Below, piece by piece: positions 13,145-27,021 of a DNA stretch of 64,000 nt. Where the stretch lies: NCBI RefSeq assembly GCF_001194135.2, contig NC_068998.1, positions 33,819,824 to 33,883,823 on the forward strand, read 5' to 3'. The translations under genes were made by a program, and so were the position numbers. Within the stretch, counting starts at the first letter, position 1; each line of letters starts with the position of its first letter. The notes under the pieces were generated by a model that was given only the letters and a program-made list of their open reading frames with translations, did not search any database and was not told the origin of the DNA. Source of the DNA: Octopus bimaculoides (lineage: Eukaryota).

Positions 13145-13396
13145 TTCGTTTCTGGATTTGGTTTGCAAGATTCTTTATGTGAGTTCGTGTGTTGAAGCAT
13201 ATTCTGTGGTATCTGGGGAAAGTCATTCTCTTTTAGTGCCTTATGATTTAACACACTTGCCGGTAAAATTTCCACTTATTTAAAAAAAATTTTCTAAAAT
13301 TTTCATTGCATCTTGCAACCTTTTCAATATATATGTATATATCTGTGTATGTGTGCGGGTGTGTATTATATGTATTTATATATGTATACATATATA

Positions 13397-14465
13397 CAGG
13401 GTATGGTGAATAAATTATTTTCTAAATTATGCAAAATGAAAATAACACTGACATTTCATTTTAACGGATATATTTACCAAAATTACATAGAAATATCCTG
13501 AAATACTAAAGAGAAAATCTATTCAATAAAACCGCCATTGGCTTCAATCACGGCCTCCAGACTACTTCGGTAATTACTGTAACTCTTCTGGATGGCCTCC
13601 TTGTTTAAGATGGTAAATGCTGCCATAATCCTTGCTTTCAGTTCATCTATGGTGTTAAAGGAGCTTTGTTGGTCCCTCACTCAACTGTGCCCTACACATA
13701 ATAATCAAGGTGTTTGTGGTCTAGGGAGTTAGGTGGCCAGATGTTGGGGTGATGTGGTTGCAGAAATTGTCTGACAGCCACTCTCCTTCTTGTATAGCAT
13801 GGTGCAGAGTTACTGAATATAGGGTCTTCCAGCAGCCACTGTCTTCACCCAGGGCAGCACTACCTCCACCAGGCACTTGATGTAGGCCTCCGTGTTGAAT
13901 CTGAGGCCTTGTGGGAAGATGAATGGAAGCATAACGTTGCTAACACAAGTGATCACTTTAAACAACATGATGTTGAGTGGGTGCTTGATTTTTATCACTC
14001 GCAGTACATGTTTTGGGGACTCAGAAAGCCAACGATTGTTCTGTGTGTTCACCATCTGACAATAGTAGAAATTTTTCGTGTCTGAGAAAAACCAAAGCTT
14101 GTTCAGTTGGAAAGGATGCTTGAGTTTGTTCAAAAGCTTTGTAGCATGGTCTTTCCTCTTGTCCTTGATGACTTAGGATAAAAATTGGTCCTTTCTCATC
14201 TTGTATGAGAAATACCAAATGTCTTCATGCACTACCTGCCTGATAAGAAACTCAGACATTCCCATATCCTTGGTGATGGACATGATTGACTTGGTGGGAT
14301 CGTTGTCAATTATGGCCTGGATTACACCAACGAATTCAGGGGTTCTTTTCTTATTAGAACAATCAGAGTGAGTTTTCCAAGCTGCCCTACCTTCGTAGTC
14401 ACCATTAGACTCATCCAACTCTTTCTGAATCGTCTGGGCTGTCCTCAGATTCATACCCAAACATT
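13397..14465 (-). mobile_element. Tc1/mariner (maT/DD37D-like) truncated element
   Basis: TA-CAGGGT terminus; ORFs WFFSDTKNF..NTQNNRWLSESP and IDNDPTKSI. Confidence 0.85.
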
Positions 14466-14769
14466 CATGTGTGTATGTATATCTTTTCTGTATTTAATCA
14501 TTCTAAATTCTTCCTCTGAAGAAGGAGCTGGTTTCTAACTAAGATACAAAACTCCGTCATTGGAATGTAGCAGATGAAAGCAATGTTACATTTTAAACTT
14601 GAGAAAAGTCTTGCATAGTTTTATTATTCCAATTACACTTGTATTTTAATGTGGGTATCAGTTGGTTGATTTATTTTTCTGAAAATCCAAGCTTATCGAG
14701 ACTGACAGTTAGGCATTTACTTACAAAACTAAATGCTCCAATTATTGCTGGTTTAAATGTAAATTTTTA

Positions 14770-15110
14770 ATCTGGATATGGAAGCTGGTAGTCTGCAATC
14801 GGTCTTTCTGTTCATCAGGTAGCCCTGGCTGAGGTGCATAGGCTGAGATAATGGTAGCCGTTCCATGCTGCCGCACTAGTCTAAGCTTAATTATTCTATC
14901 ACAAAGTCTGACTACCTCGATTATCTTATCAATCCATTTCTCCACAAGGAGTATTCCCATGCCCCAACCCCATCAGTGTTCTCCTTCTAGAAAATTTTAT
15001 ATCTATGTTCTTTGCCTGTGAGGAACCTAGCAGAACTTACTCTCCACCTTGCTTCTTGGATACAGCACAAATCTACACATCTCTGTTTAAGTATGGCACT
15101 GTGGATTCTG
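14770..15110 (-). mobile_element. RTE LINE APE-endonuclease fragment
   Basis: VDLCCIQEARWR and DRIIKLRL..TIISAYAPQPGLPDEQKD. Confidence 0.85.
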
Positions 15111-16380
15111 TATTGCTCATTCAAAGGGATTTTGTAGTGTGAATGAAAACTTGAGAATATATTGGTAGTATTTGTGGATAGATGGAGGGGGGAGATTTGT
15201 AGGGTTAGAATGAAAAGATAGGTCAACATGAAGACAGGAAGAGAAAATGAGAGGAAGAAAGAGAGAAACAGTAAAATAGACAAAAAAATAGTAATAAGAG
15301 AGAGAAAAAAAGAGAGAGAAGAAAAAAAGTGAAAAGAAAGAAAAGTGAAGAAAGGGTGAAAGAAGTGAGAAAAGGAATGTAAGTTGGTTAGCTGGTGGTC
15401 AAGATAATGTGAGGAGAAGATGGGAGAGGAGTGGGGGAGGGATAGGATAGGAAGAGATAAAAAGGTAAGGAGTGAATAAGTGCAAGATATATGAGTAGGG
15501 GTGATATGACAGGGCTGTATTAAGGGATAGGTAGAGAAAAGGTATGGATGGGGTGAGTAGTAGTTTTAGTAGTAAAATTTAAAGTGGAGGGAAGAATACA
15601 AGGATGTCAAATTTCTATAGATAGGCGTATTTGATAGATTAGTATGATAGGTAGGAATCAGAGAAGAGGAAAGAAGGTATAATGACATACGTACACGTGC
15701 ACAATAATAATAAGAAGGATTATTATGAAGTGGCATAGCATTACCTTTAATTCTTTTTAATATATATACAACTTTACATAGACCATATATATATATATAT
15801 ATATGTATATATGTGTTTGTGTGTATAACAACATCAAAAATGAAAAGTAACCAAAATATTTCAATCCTGTACCAAACAAACTAATCACAGGCATGTCTTC
15901 AGAAGAAAAAAATTTGATTCCTTACTTGTCAGTAACCAAAATGATATTAAATGCATAATGGCAAAAGTGAAAGTAACCAGAAGCTCAAAGCTCACCAAAT
16001 TATATCGACTACTTTTATTTATATTTTGTTTCTTGCAAATTATCCAAATTAGCCACCTGGATATATTATATACATATAAATTTTCTGTCAGACAAATCCA
16101 AATCCATCTGAAGTGTAACAATGGCTTCACCCAGTAACTGCCTTTGTTCTCTTTTTTCTACCCTCCTCCTAAGATCAGACTGAAAGTGTAGTGACAGGTG
16201 AAACAATGAGTGTATACAGTACGAGAAATTAGGAGAGTATAGAGTGGAATTTCACTATTGAAAAAATAGCACCAAAATATTGGTGAGGCATCTCTCAGGG
16301 ATATTTTTCTAAAAGAGTAATTTGTGTTTTAATTGATAAACAAAAGCAGAATAAAGACTGAGCTTTGTGAGTGAACTTAC

Positions 16381-16437
16381 CTGAGTAATATAAATATATG
16401 TATAACAAGCTAAAGTTAGAATATTTATCAGAACTTT
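16381..16437 (-). CDS. Weak candidate exon (KVLINILTLACYTYIYITQ)
   Basis: Consensus donor CAG/gtaagt; acceptor uncertain; phase 0 to 0. Confidence 0.3.
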
Positions 16438-16552
16438 CTGCTTCTCAGCAGAGGAGTTTAAAATACAGATCATTATCAACAATGTGAGAATTTATATGCA
16501 AACCTTTGAGTTGGTTCATGTTCATCCATAATTTTCATCTCTGCTTTATAGG

Positions 16553-17634
16553 AATATGGTTAGTTGAAAAGTTCAATGGCTGACCAAGATATACTCATGT
16601 AATGTGACCAAATGAGGTTTCTTTTTAAGCATAGTCCCCCATGAGGTTCTCACTTCTTCCATCAGTGTTGCAGTGCATGGATAACATTAGTGAACATCTT
16701 TCATCTTGTTGGTCAGAAAGTCATCAACAGCAGATATGATGTCATCATCACTGTGATACTGGTTCCCAGCCAGGTGTTTTTGCATGCTGGGGAATACAGG
16801 ATAATCAGATGGGGCCGAATCAGGAGAATAGGGACGATGATCAACCAACCAGTTCAGTCACAGTCATGTACAGCAGCCATTGAAACCAAGGACTTGTGCA
16901 CTGGAATGTTGTCTTCATGTCAATGTTCCAATCATCAGATGAAAGAAACCCCCTCCTGTTATCCTTTCATAACTGCCTCAGCAAGTTGACATAATGCTCT
17001 CCATTGATGGTGCCTTCTGCATCCTAAAAAGAAATGAAGCCATTCCCTACAAATGAAACAATCTTGGCCTTCTTTGGAACAGATGAGGAGTGATGCTTCC
17101 ACTACATGGATTGTCTTTTTGTTTCTGGCTCAAAGTGATGAACCCAACAATCATTCTGGCATAGAAAACATTCAAGGAAACCAGCTGGATCTGCCTCAAA
17201 TAATGTCAGATTTTCCATTGGTGTGATCAGCCTGGTGAGCTTTTGATTTTGTGTTAGAATATGTGGCACCCACTGAGCATAAACTTGTGTCATGCTAAAT
17301 TCATTGTGCAGAATATTCCCAGCTCTCTCACAGGAGATGCTAATAGCATTGGCTAATTGATGTAGCTGTCATGTCAGCATGAATGTCTTTGGAGGCTGAA
17401 CTCTTTTTTTGCAGGTATTTCATGTTATCCACGATACCAAATTTTGTTCATTTTCAAGAAAGACGCTATTGTTACTTTTGAAGCCTTCTATGGACAATCA
17501 GATCTCATTATATGTGGAAAGAAGCAAAGCGGTTAGTAATAAGAAAAGGTGAAATTAATGCATGGAATATTTTATTATGTCTTCAGCATCACTCCTTTAT
17601 TGTCCGCCTATGAACTTTTCAGCCCATCTGCATA
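16553..17634 (-). mobile_element. Non-autonomous mariner with TIRs
   Basis: ttgaaaagttcaatggctgac at the left end, gtccgcctatgaacttttcag at the right; WVPHILT and WVHHFEPETKRQSM fragments. Confidence 0.8.
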
Positions 17635-17887
17635 TGATACTTCATTTCATTGCTTGCTATTATATTTGTTTTGTGCAATAGTGTTATAAATAGCAACAAT
17701 GGGCTTAAAGATTTCCTTTCTCTCCACTGATAAATATGATGACATATGACATACTTGGTCTAATGTCAGAACAGTTTTTATAGCTATTTGATTTAATGCC
17801 TATATCTCTGTTATTCACTAGAATATTTTAAGGTGTAACAGCATGCATATTTAAGTGTGTATCTACATACATACGTACATATATATA

Positions 17888-18100
17888 TGTGGTGAGCTGG
17901 CAGAAACATTAGCACGCCGGGCGAAATGCTTAGCGGTATTTAGTCTGTCTGTACGTTCTGAGTTCAAATTCTGCAGAGGTCGACTTTACCTTTCATCCTT
18001 TCCGGATCGATAAATTAAGTACCAGTTGCATACTGGGGTTGATCTAATCGACTGGCCCCCCTCCCCCCAAATTTCAGGCCTTGTGCCTTGAGAAGAAAAG
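17888..18100 (+). mobile_element. tRNA-derived SINE with a Deu/Nin-like core, near intact
   Basis: gagttcaaattc B box, then cctttcatcctttccggatcgataaattaagtacc core; related copies on the minus strand at 4240, 32108 and 50553. Confidence 0.8.
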
Positions 18101-18337
18101 AAATATATATATAGTTTACTGTTCTGCTAAAGTAGGATAAACAAAAAAGTACTCCATCCAGTGAGAGATAAATATCATTTAATGTTCACTGTAATAGTTT
18201 TCAAATAGAACAAGCTATGTGCTCAGAGCCCGAAGATTGCTTGGAGACACAAGGCACATTATAACAATATGACTAACCACATGTCTCAATGACAAGAAAT
18301 TATTAGTAGCCTTTATTTTAGTACAATGTACATTAAA

Positions 18338-18386
<49 letters not shown>

Positions 18387-18420
18387 CACAGCCACTTGGC
18401 TGAAACACATAAATAAATAA

Positions 18421-18496
<76 letters not shown>

Positions 18497-18500
<4 letters not shown>

Positions 18501-18735
18501 TTTTTATTCTTTTACTTGTTTCAGTCATTTGACTGTAGCCATGCTGGGGTACTGCCTTGAAGGGTTATAGTTGAACAAATCGATACCAGGACTTCTTTAA
18601 AGCCTAATACTTATTCTATCATTCTCTTTTTGTTGAACCACTAAGTTACAGGGACCTAAACATTAACACTGGTTGTCAAGCAGTAATGGGGGACAAACAG
18701 AGACACAAAGGCACACACATATATACATACATAGA

Positions 18736-18769
<34 letters not shown>

Positions 18770-18930
18770 GAGAGAGAGAGAGTGGGCTTCTTTTATTTTC
18801 CATTTAGTAGATCACCTCATAAGGCTTTGGTCAGCCCAAGGTTATAGTTGAGGACACTAGACCAAGATGCCAGGCAGTGAGACTGAACTCAGAATCGTGT
18901 GGATGGAAAAGAAGCTTCTTATCATACAAT
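18497..18930 (-). mobile_element. Bipartite SINE (10970 family)
   Basis: cttgtttcagtcatttgactg body plus ataaggctttggtcagccc head, separated by (TACA)n. Confidence 0.8.
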
Positions 18931-18948
18931 CATGCCTGTGCCTAAATA

Positions 18949-18982
<34 letters not shown>

Positions 18983-18984
18983 CA

Positions 18985-19015
<31 letters not shown>

Positions 19016-19986
19016 ATATATATATACACACACTCACAACTCAAAGACTTGCCTATATATGTTTATATAAATGTGGAAAGAGAAGAGGAAAGCCATATAG
19101 GCAGAAAGATAGATTAATAGAACGCTGGTGATATGACCAACAATTGAAGATGCAGGCGATTGAGGAGGGAATTTATTGAAGAAACCTATCCATCTCTGAC
19201 TAATCTATAGAAAATCATCAATGAATGACAGCAATGACAAATGATGATGATGTCATTGATGATGGGGATTTCTAGTTGCATATGAAGTTCTGTAGAACTA
19301 CTCTGATTATTGATCCTCTTACTAGAAACATAGATGTCTTGAAGGAAGGAATACATATTTCTTCAGATTTGGTTGTTTGTATTTTTTCTCTTTTTGTTTG
19401 TTGTTTTGTCAGGATACTTTGAAAATGTTTCATATAATCAAAGAACATGTACATTCAAATATTATCTGCTTTGATTCTTTCAGCCAAGAATTTATTAATA
19501 TTTCTTCCATTATTCTGTTTTATGTCATAGGATATCTGATCAAGCTTTGGTTTCAACTGATTCTTTGCTTTCACGCTTTTGGGTATTCACATGTGCTTGT
19601 ATATTAGTATTGAGTGATGTATTGCATTGAGGAAGATTTGCATATAAAAGCTGAGTGCGATGTGGATTGTAGGACAGGATAGGTGGTGGTGGTGGGTAGT
19701 GTAAATGGTTGTGAAGGTTGGTGGGTGTTGGGGCTGCTTCTAGTTTCACCAAACAGAAAATATTTCAAGTAGAAATACATCATTAAATAATGGGAAAGAA
19801 TGCTCTAATCTCTATAAAGAAATAACTTCTCATCTTTTGACAGATTCTTAGATCAGTAGTAAACAGACACACTGAAATTGCAGAATATATGCTAAAATGT
19901 ATAAAATATGAAAATTGTTAGAATTTCAGATGAATGGAGAAAGGTATTAAAACAATCAGAAAAGGAAGAAAGATTTGGTTACTTAC

Positions 19987-20078
19987 CAAAATGATAAAGT
20001 GAAGAAATTGGTGACTGATTTTATTTTGAAGATGTGATACACAACTCATCCAAGATAAAATATTTAAAAAATCCTCCT
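19987..20078 (-). CDS. Candidate exon (EDFLNILSWMSCVSHLQNKISHQFLHFIIL)
   Basis: Acceptor ttttggattctag, consensus donor TTG/gtaagt, 92 bp; only phase 1 is open; phase 1 to 0. Confidence 0.5.
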
Positions 20079-20844
20079 CTAGAATCCAAAATTATTTTTA
20101 CAAATACTCTCTTGGATTTTTCAATTATTACTTCTAAGGTTTCTTTCTTTCTTTCTTTCTTTTTATTTTGCTGGTTGGAATTGAAGTTAGCTAAATACAA
20201 AATATATTATCATCATGGAATTGTTTGCAGCCAAGAAGGATTTCCACATGCATGAGAATGCCTGCATAATGAGTTTAATTTGAAATAGACAACTGAAGAG
20301 TATAGTATAACATGTGATAACGTAACACTTACACAAAGACTAAGATGATATAAGATTTGGAATCTCCTTTGAATTCTCTTGAATCCTTTTAAGTTTATGA
20401 AGTCCACATTGATTATATTGTCTTCTCAATGGTTACATTGGTGAGAAGCACTAGCATGTAGTACTAGTTATAAATAAACTGAGCATATAAGAGTTAATTG
20501 TCTTGTCTAATGAATTGGCAAATACCAGAAATTCAACACCTTAGTTAATAACTTGACACTTTAATAGCTTAGATAATTGCATTTCTTTACAGTGAAATAC
20601 TGAAAGTAACTAGGTTTCAATAAAGATGATACATAGCTTGAGGACTATGTTATGCTTTGTCATTTTGTATGACATAGAATTATTTCCATGACAAGTTATT
20701 AGAAAAATATTACAACTCACTATACAAAGGCCAAATAAATAAGAAAACTTTGGAAGTTTAAATTAAAAATACAGCTTCAAGTGGATATTTGGGAAACTTT
20801 TAAATAAATTTTTTAAAATAATGTAAAAATGAGTAAATACACAT

Positions 20845-20980
20845 GCATGGCTATGTGGTTCAGAAGCTCACTTTGAAACTATGTGATCTTGCATTCAGTA
20901 CAACTATGCAGCACATGGAGCAAGTGTCTTCTACTCTGGTCCTTGGCTGGCCAATGTCTTGTGAGTAAATTTGGTGGACA
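20845..20980 (+). mobile_element. SINE head (10970 family), degraded
   Basis: tggctatgtggttcag..caagtgtcttctact..ttgtgagtaaatttggt. Confidence 0.65.
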
Positions 20981-21123
20981 TATATATAAGTTGTTTTCTG
21001 TTTCTCCATTTCTACCTTACTATATCGATCTAGTATGAAAGGAGTGTTATCCTTATATAGACCATCCACTATTTTAGGAGACCAGGATATGATTTTGGAT
21101 AGGATGTATACTCCAACTAGTCT

Positions 21124-21585
21124 GTTTCTAGCTGACTATATGACACAAAAGCTCTGTGTCCTTATGTTTTCGAAGAGGGGAGATTAGCATCTCCACCCAG
21201 CACAACCTAGCATCCATGAACTAGTTTCAGGGTTATTGCCTTTTATCAGCATGGAGTAGCTTGGTTTGCTAGATGTTGCTGCTAATCCGCTGTCAAAAAC
21301 ATAGAACCCAAAGTGACAAATAGTCACTGATCTACAAAAATTTATATCTCTCTTTGAGAGATTTAGAAATATAATATTTCTAAATATTTGTCACTTTGAA
21401 TTCGATATATTTTCGACAGCAGATTGGCAGCGGCATCTAGCAAGCCAAGCTACTCTGTGCTGATAAAGGGCAATAACCCTGAAACTGGTCCATGGATGCT
21501 AAGATGTGCTCTGTAAAGGTGCTAATCTCCCCTCTTTGAAAACATAAGAACACAGAGCTTTTGTGTCATATAGCCAGCTTGAAAC
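21124..21585. repeat. Long inverted repeat (fold-back), arms about 200 bp
   Basis: gtttctagctgactatatgacacaaaagctc matches the reverse complement of gagcttttgtgtcatatagccagcttgaaac; centre atttagaaatat-a-atatttctaaat. Confidence 0.9.
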
Positions 21586-22459
21586 GATGTTTCTTGGGGC
21601 TAAATAACAGTAACATTTATCCCATCCTGGGATTGCCACATTATGTTAGCAAAAAGTCATCACTTTATTGTGCTGTTACTGTGTATCTCTCTTTGAGAGA
21701 TTTAGAAATATAATATAATATAATATAATATTATATAATATAATATATATATATANNNNNNNNNNNNNNNNNNNNNNNNNNNNNNNNNNNNNNNNNNNNN
21801 NNNNNNNNNNNNNNNNNNNNNNNNNNNNNNNNNNNNNNNNNNNNNNNNNNNNNNNNNNNNNNNNNNNNNNNNNNNNNNNNNNNNNNNNNNNNNNNNNNNN
21901 NNNNNNNNNNNNNNNNNNNNNNNNNNNNNNNNNNNNNNNNNNNNNNNNNNNNNNNNNNNNNNNNNNNNNNNNNNNNNNNNNNNNNNNNNNNNNNNNNNNN
22001 NNNNNNNNNNNNNNNNNNNNNNNNNNNNATTGATAAATGTTGGAGTCAACAAGGAGTACGGTTGGACATTTATTTGCAATCCCTACTATTGTTTCTGTGT
22101 TACATGGTTCTCCAGGCTTGCAGGTACTTGGTTATGCAACTGTTTCCTTGCATTATGAGATCTAGTTGTGTTTCCTCAGGTGATATATAAATATTGTCTA
22201 TGAAAATTCAAATTCTAGACTTCAAGAGCATCCTTTCTGTCTGTTGTGGCTTGGAGTTAGTTGCCACTGAGTATATCAAGAGATGTGTTGTGGCTGAAGT
22301 TCCATTGACAAACTGCTTTAAATGTGTGGATGTAGTGAGATGGTGATTTTGCTACTGTTAAAGTGACTGTCGTTTTAAGGGATTGGCTTTTGATTTCTTT
22401 GTACTGTTGATTTGTTCTTCATGGTTGGTTACACATGTGATTGGCAATGGTTGACCTTT

Positions 22460-22667
22460 AAGAACATGCCCATATGTACACATACATGTATGTACATGTA
22501 TACATCCATATACATACTCAAGCTTGGACACACACACACATGCAAGACACACACAAACGCTCAAACACAGACACAAACACATATGCATATGAAAATACAT
22601 ACATACACACATATACAAATATATATACATATATACACATGCAGGTGTATACATGTGTACATGCATG

Positions 22668-22752
<85 letters not shown>

Positions 22753-22995
22753 GTATATATATATATATACACAAAGATACATTTATCCATGCATACAAAA
22801 TACTCGTGCAGACATGCATATATACTTATATATATATATTTATATACAACCCAAGTATATATACATACATATATATACACATACATACATAGATATTTTT
22901 CTATTTCTCTTAACATGAAACTAATGGTAGCCTTAATAAATAAATAAAGAAATATATACATGCTTATATATATATATATATATATATATATACTC
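22460..22995. repeat. Compound (TA)n/(CA)n/(TACA)n microsatellite
   Basis: Direct inspection; source of the spurious YIYI ORFs. Confidence 0.95.
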
Positions 22996-24507
22996 TCACA
23001 CACATGTCCACTTTCTGTTGTAGCATGATGGATGTTTGATAAGATCCAACTGATCAATTGATTATGTCTTGCTGCAGTGATCCAGTTTTGGCTTAGTTTC
23101 TACTGCTGGTTGCTCTTCCAAATGCTTATCATTCTACTGAGGATACTGCTGCATTTTTCATGCCACCAGCACCACTGAGGTCACCTTCTAACTCACATGC
23201 CCAAAGAGTTCCATCAACTGAGAGGGAGATGACGAGGTAGAGTGGTTAAAGCATGAAGAGAGCAGCCAGAACAAGTTTCTTGTTGGGGCAGATTTTATAT
23301 AAGTGGAAGGGGTAGTGTATAATCACATATTGAGCAAAACCATTTTTATAGGTTTCTGTGGTTTTATGTATGAATGTGAATTATTTTCTTTTAGGTTTTT
23401 CCAATTTTGAATAACAAAGTACATATTATAGCAACTGAACAAATTCTTTCTTTTGACATCTCTCATGGTTTCTATTCAGTAATATGATTGTAGACATTTT
23501 TGCATCTTATCGTGAATATATGAAAATCTGTCAAATTTTTCAGCTGTCACTTTCAAAAGAAAATCTCAAGAGAAAGTAAGTTTTCAATGTGCACATGTGT
23601 GTGTCTGTATAGTTTTGTGTTTATTTATATGTGTTATACAGTGTGTATGTGTGTGAGGGGAGTGTACTTGTGTGCGTGTGTGTGTGTAAAGATATATTTA
23701 TATGCAATGCATGTGAATGAAACTAAATTCAGTTCTATTTAAATAATTCTGCAATGAAATTCCTAAACTGTCACATTTATTGCTAGAATATTACTTATAT
23801 TCAAAAGCATCTTATAAAATATTTTAAGACATGTATAATTAACAAATAGAAGTTTAATAGAAGTGTTTCTTTTAAGAATTATGTAATAAACTCATTCTTT
23901 TCTAATATCACTGTTAAAACTTGTCTAATATATATATTTATTCTTTCTTTCTATGAGTTGGAGTAGAAAGTTGACAGTTGCATTTATAATTTGTCAAATT
24001 TCCCTGGTCTTTTTATTTTCTATGATGCCAACAAGTGAGGAAAGAACTAGAATTGCTTAAGTACCATTGAACTGATCATGAGTTAAGTCCACAATCCATT
24101 TCTAATTCCTGGTTGTTGCAGCTATTTCACTTTCCTTTCATTGCAAATGTCTATCCAGAAAACATGATCTTCACAACATCCTGTTTTTTTCTTTCCCCCA
24201 GCTCATAAAGTCAATAGAGGTAATTACTGATAAATAAAGATAGTCATTAGAACTTTTAGGTATAATAACAGTTTGGTTCAGCAAGAAAAGATTGGGAATA
24301 AAGTGATGTAATAAATTGTGCTGTGAAATAAATAAAAAACTATCTTTTGAAGCAATACTTTTCATCAAAGCATTGAAATATTAGGATTTACTTCCTCTCA
24401 TCATAGTACAACAAAGACTTCTTCAACTTTTATTCATATATAAGTTTTATTAAGAATAAGAAAATATGCAATAGATTTGCAGAAATTTATTTCATGAAGC
24501 CTGTATA

Positions 24508-24640
24508 TACGAAGTTGACTGAAAAGTTTATAGGCTGACCAAGATATTCTCATGGGATGTTACCAAATAAGGTTTATTTTTAGATATAGTCCTCCTTTCA
24601 GTTTGTAATGTTTCTTGGTATCTCTGAATAGAATTCTACA
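24508..24640. mobile_element. Isolated mariner terminal fragment (same family as 16553 and 55410)
   Basis: ctgaaaagtttataggctgaccaagata is shared with 55417. Confidence 0.6.
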
Positions 24641-25179
24641 TTACCTCTGTTCAGCCACTTTTCAGAAATAAATACCACATCTTCTGGAAATGTTATTTTT
24701 AACAGACTAGCATTATGTCTTGCTGAAGATTTCTCTCACAACTTAACCAGAATTTAACTGCAGACTTTTTGAGCTTCATTATTTAAAAAAAAAATTTTTA
24801 ACAACTTATTTGACCCATCAGTGAAATATAGAAGGTTTATCAACTTTTACAGTTTATCACATAACCTTTTGTCAGTCTTACTACTTCAACGATTAAATAG
24901 AAACAGGAGCTTTATTTATTTAATTAAACTTCATGACCCAATGAAGACAATTAGATTTTCAAGATGCAATTTCTCTTTTAATAGAACAATTTTTTTCTGT
25001 TACATATATATAGGAGTATTACTTTATGGCTTTAATTTAATTTATTTTTGATAAAATGTGTCATTGAGAATAACAACATTAGTTGATTTATTATGATTTT
25101 TAAACTTTTAGGAACAAAGTTTTTGAAAACTGTGAGTCACTAAAAATATCAACTGCTGCAGTAGTTTAAACTGTGTTAC

Positions 25180-25214
25180 CAGGTTAGAATGCACATTCTC
25201 AGGTGGAGGTTTAT
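25180..25214 (-). CDS. Weak candidate exon (KPPPENVHSNL or INLHLRMCILT)
   Basis: Acceptor ttatattttcag, donor CTG/gtaaca, 35 bp; not linked by phase to its neighbours. Confidence 0.3.
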
Positions 25215-26214
25215 CTGAAAATATAAGTTGCCACTCCAATTTCACTGGTGATAATTGGCAAGTGGTACATAAAAGTATACATCCAGTTCTACAAGTATCT
25301 AACTTTGTTCGTTCTCTAATAAGTATCTATTGTAAATGTGTCTGATATTGAAATGAAAAACTAAATTACAATAAAATATTTGATATATGCCACCTAAAAT
25401 CAATTTTGAATATTCGAGCTAGTCATTATAATGTAAAATCTAATATTCAGACAAAATCTTTATTGAATTGCTATGACTAGTATCTAATATCTAGTTAAAA
25501 CAAGGTCACAATGTATAATATATCTTAATGCAAATAGATGACATTTTGGTAAAGCAATGATAGAGCAAACATTGACAACAAATGATGTACACCAACCCAT
25601 CAATTTTTAAAAACTGTTGATTATAATCACAGGGCCTGATTATAAGGTAGAATATGCGCTCTGTGATTACATAATTAGAAGGCCAATGAAGATTACAGTC
25701 TTATATAATGCATTATCATCAGTTTTATATTTGCTTCTTCATTCTGGCATGGGTTGGATGCATCATCACAGTTCAAGGCAATGAGTAGGGAACGTTTCAT
25801 GCATATGTTCAATTTTTGCATTGGCTGCTACAAATAGATAACTTTCTAAGCATTAACCACTTTGCAGATATTTGTTTTGACTGTTCACTGGCACCAGAGT
25901 TGTCTCATGCCATGCTAAGCTAAAAAATATCCCCTTTTCTCTGAGTTGTTTGCTTCCATTTCTTTAATTTCCACTGAACTAAGTGGGAGGATAGTCATTG
26001 TGAGATGATGAAAGAAAAAAATGTGACAGAAGGGAACTGGAGTGATAGGTATGTAATGGCATAAGAGTTGAAAGTGGTGAACAGTTACAGGATGATTGCT
26101 GATTGAATGGAAGCAAGTAAATGAAGCTGGTGAGTGAAAAGATGCTAACAGAGGAAGAAAGGAACAGGAGGGCAATAGAGAAAGAGAGAGAAAGAGTGAG
26201 AGAGTAAGTGTGCT

Positions 26215-26246
<32 letters not shown>

Positions 26247-26949
26247 TGTGTTTCACACGAGGGTTGTAAGTAAAGGGATTAGATAGAAACGGAATGTATT
26301 GTATAATGTGAAGACAGTAATAGCAGAGAGAGCCAGGTTAATGGAAGTGAGAGAGAATGATGTGAGAAAAAAAGAGTGATGGATGTCAGCAACGATAGAA
26401 GGAGTAATATGTAAGCATAAGAATGTTTAATAGTAAAAAAGAAAGAAGGTATAGGAATGTTTAAGGGTGAAAAAGAATAATGACTAGTAATAACGAAGTA
26501 TGACAGTATATTAGTGGGTTGCCTATCATTCTATTGCCCATCATTCTACTGCACTTTTTGTATATCCATTGTTTCACAAAGTAAAAATGTATGGAATTTA
26601 TATCCATTCTATTTCTGTATCATGAACATGACCACTTCTCTGGTTGTGAAAGAAGTTCTGATTTTTCTGCTTTTTACCTTCTGACTGAAACTTTGACTTT
26701 GCTGTTTGCTTTAAAGCCTCTCGATTTTAGGTTTCGTTTTCATGTATAGAATTTCTACTTTAAACTTTCAATAAATGAGATGCAGCTATGAGAATAAGGG
26801 CATCAGCCTACGGGGATTCTCATGGATGTTTAGTTTTAAACTCCTCTGTTTAAAGCTTTCGCTGTTTAAAGCTGGATAACCAGCTTTAAACAGAGGAAAG
26901 CAGTAATAAACAGAAGAGGATTAAAAATTGGTGCATGATTGATACTGAC

Positions 26950-27021
26950 CTTTGCATTAAATTTCCCACTGAATATTTTGCCAACATTCACCTTGTTAAC
27001 TGCAGCTCTCTGCATGACTTT
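26950..27021 (-). CDS. Candidate exon (KVMQRAAVNKVNVGKIFSGKFNAK)
   Basis: Acceptor cacatttctttag, donor AAG/gtcagt, 72 bp; only phase 0 is open. Confidence 0.5.

Noticed and set aside
15851-15903. Minus-strand CTGAAGA..cctgt/acagg..GAAA hammerhead-like motif
   Set aside because: Stem II is offset and stem I does not pair; kept only as weak support for the strand pattern
22358-23057. YIYI/THTH-rich ORFs (also near 33000, 43100, 49500 and 53300)
   Set aside because: Translations of dinucleotide microsatellites
23480-23575. Plus-strand exon-like segment NMIVDIFASYREYMKICQIFQLSLSKENLKR with good splice sites
   Set aside because: Opposite strand to the phase-linked chain, and I found no convincing plus-strand partners; not excluded, and RNA-seq would decide
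26591-26750. Plus-strand reading ..LTLLFALKPLDFRF, reminiscent of a RUN-domain end
   Set aside because: Upstream in-frame stop, poor splice sites and only a few similar residues
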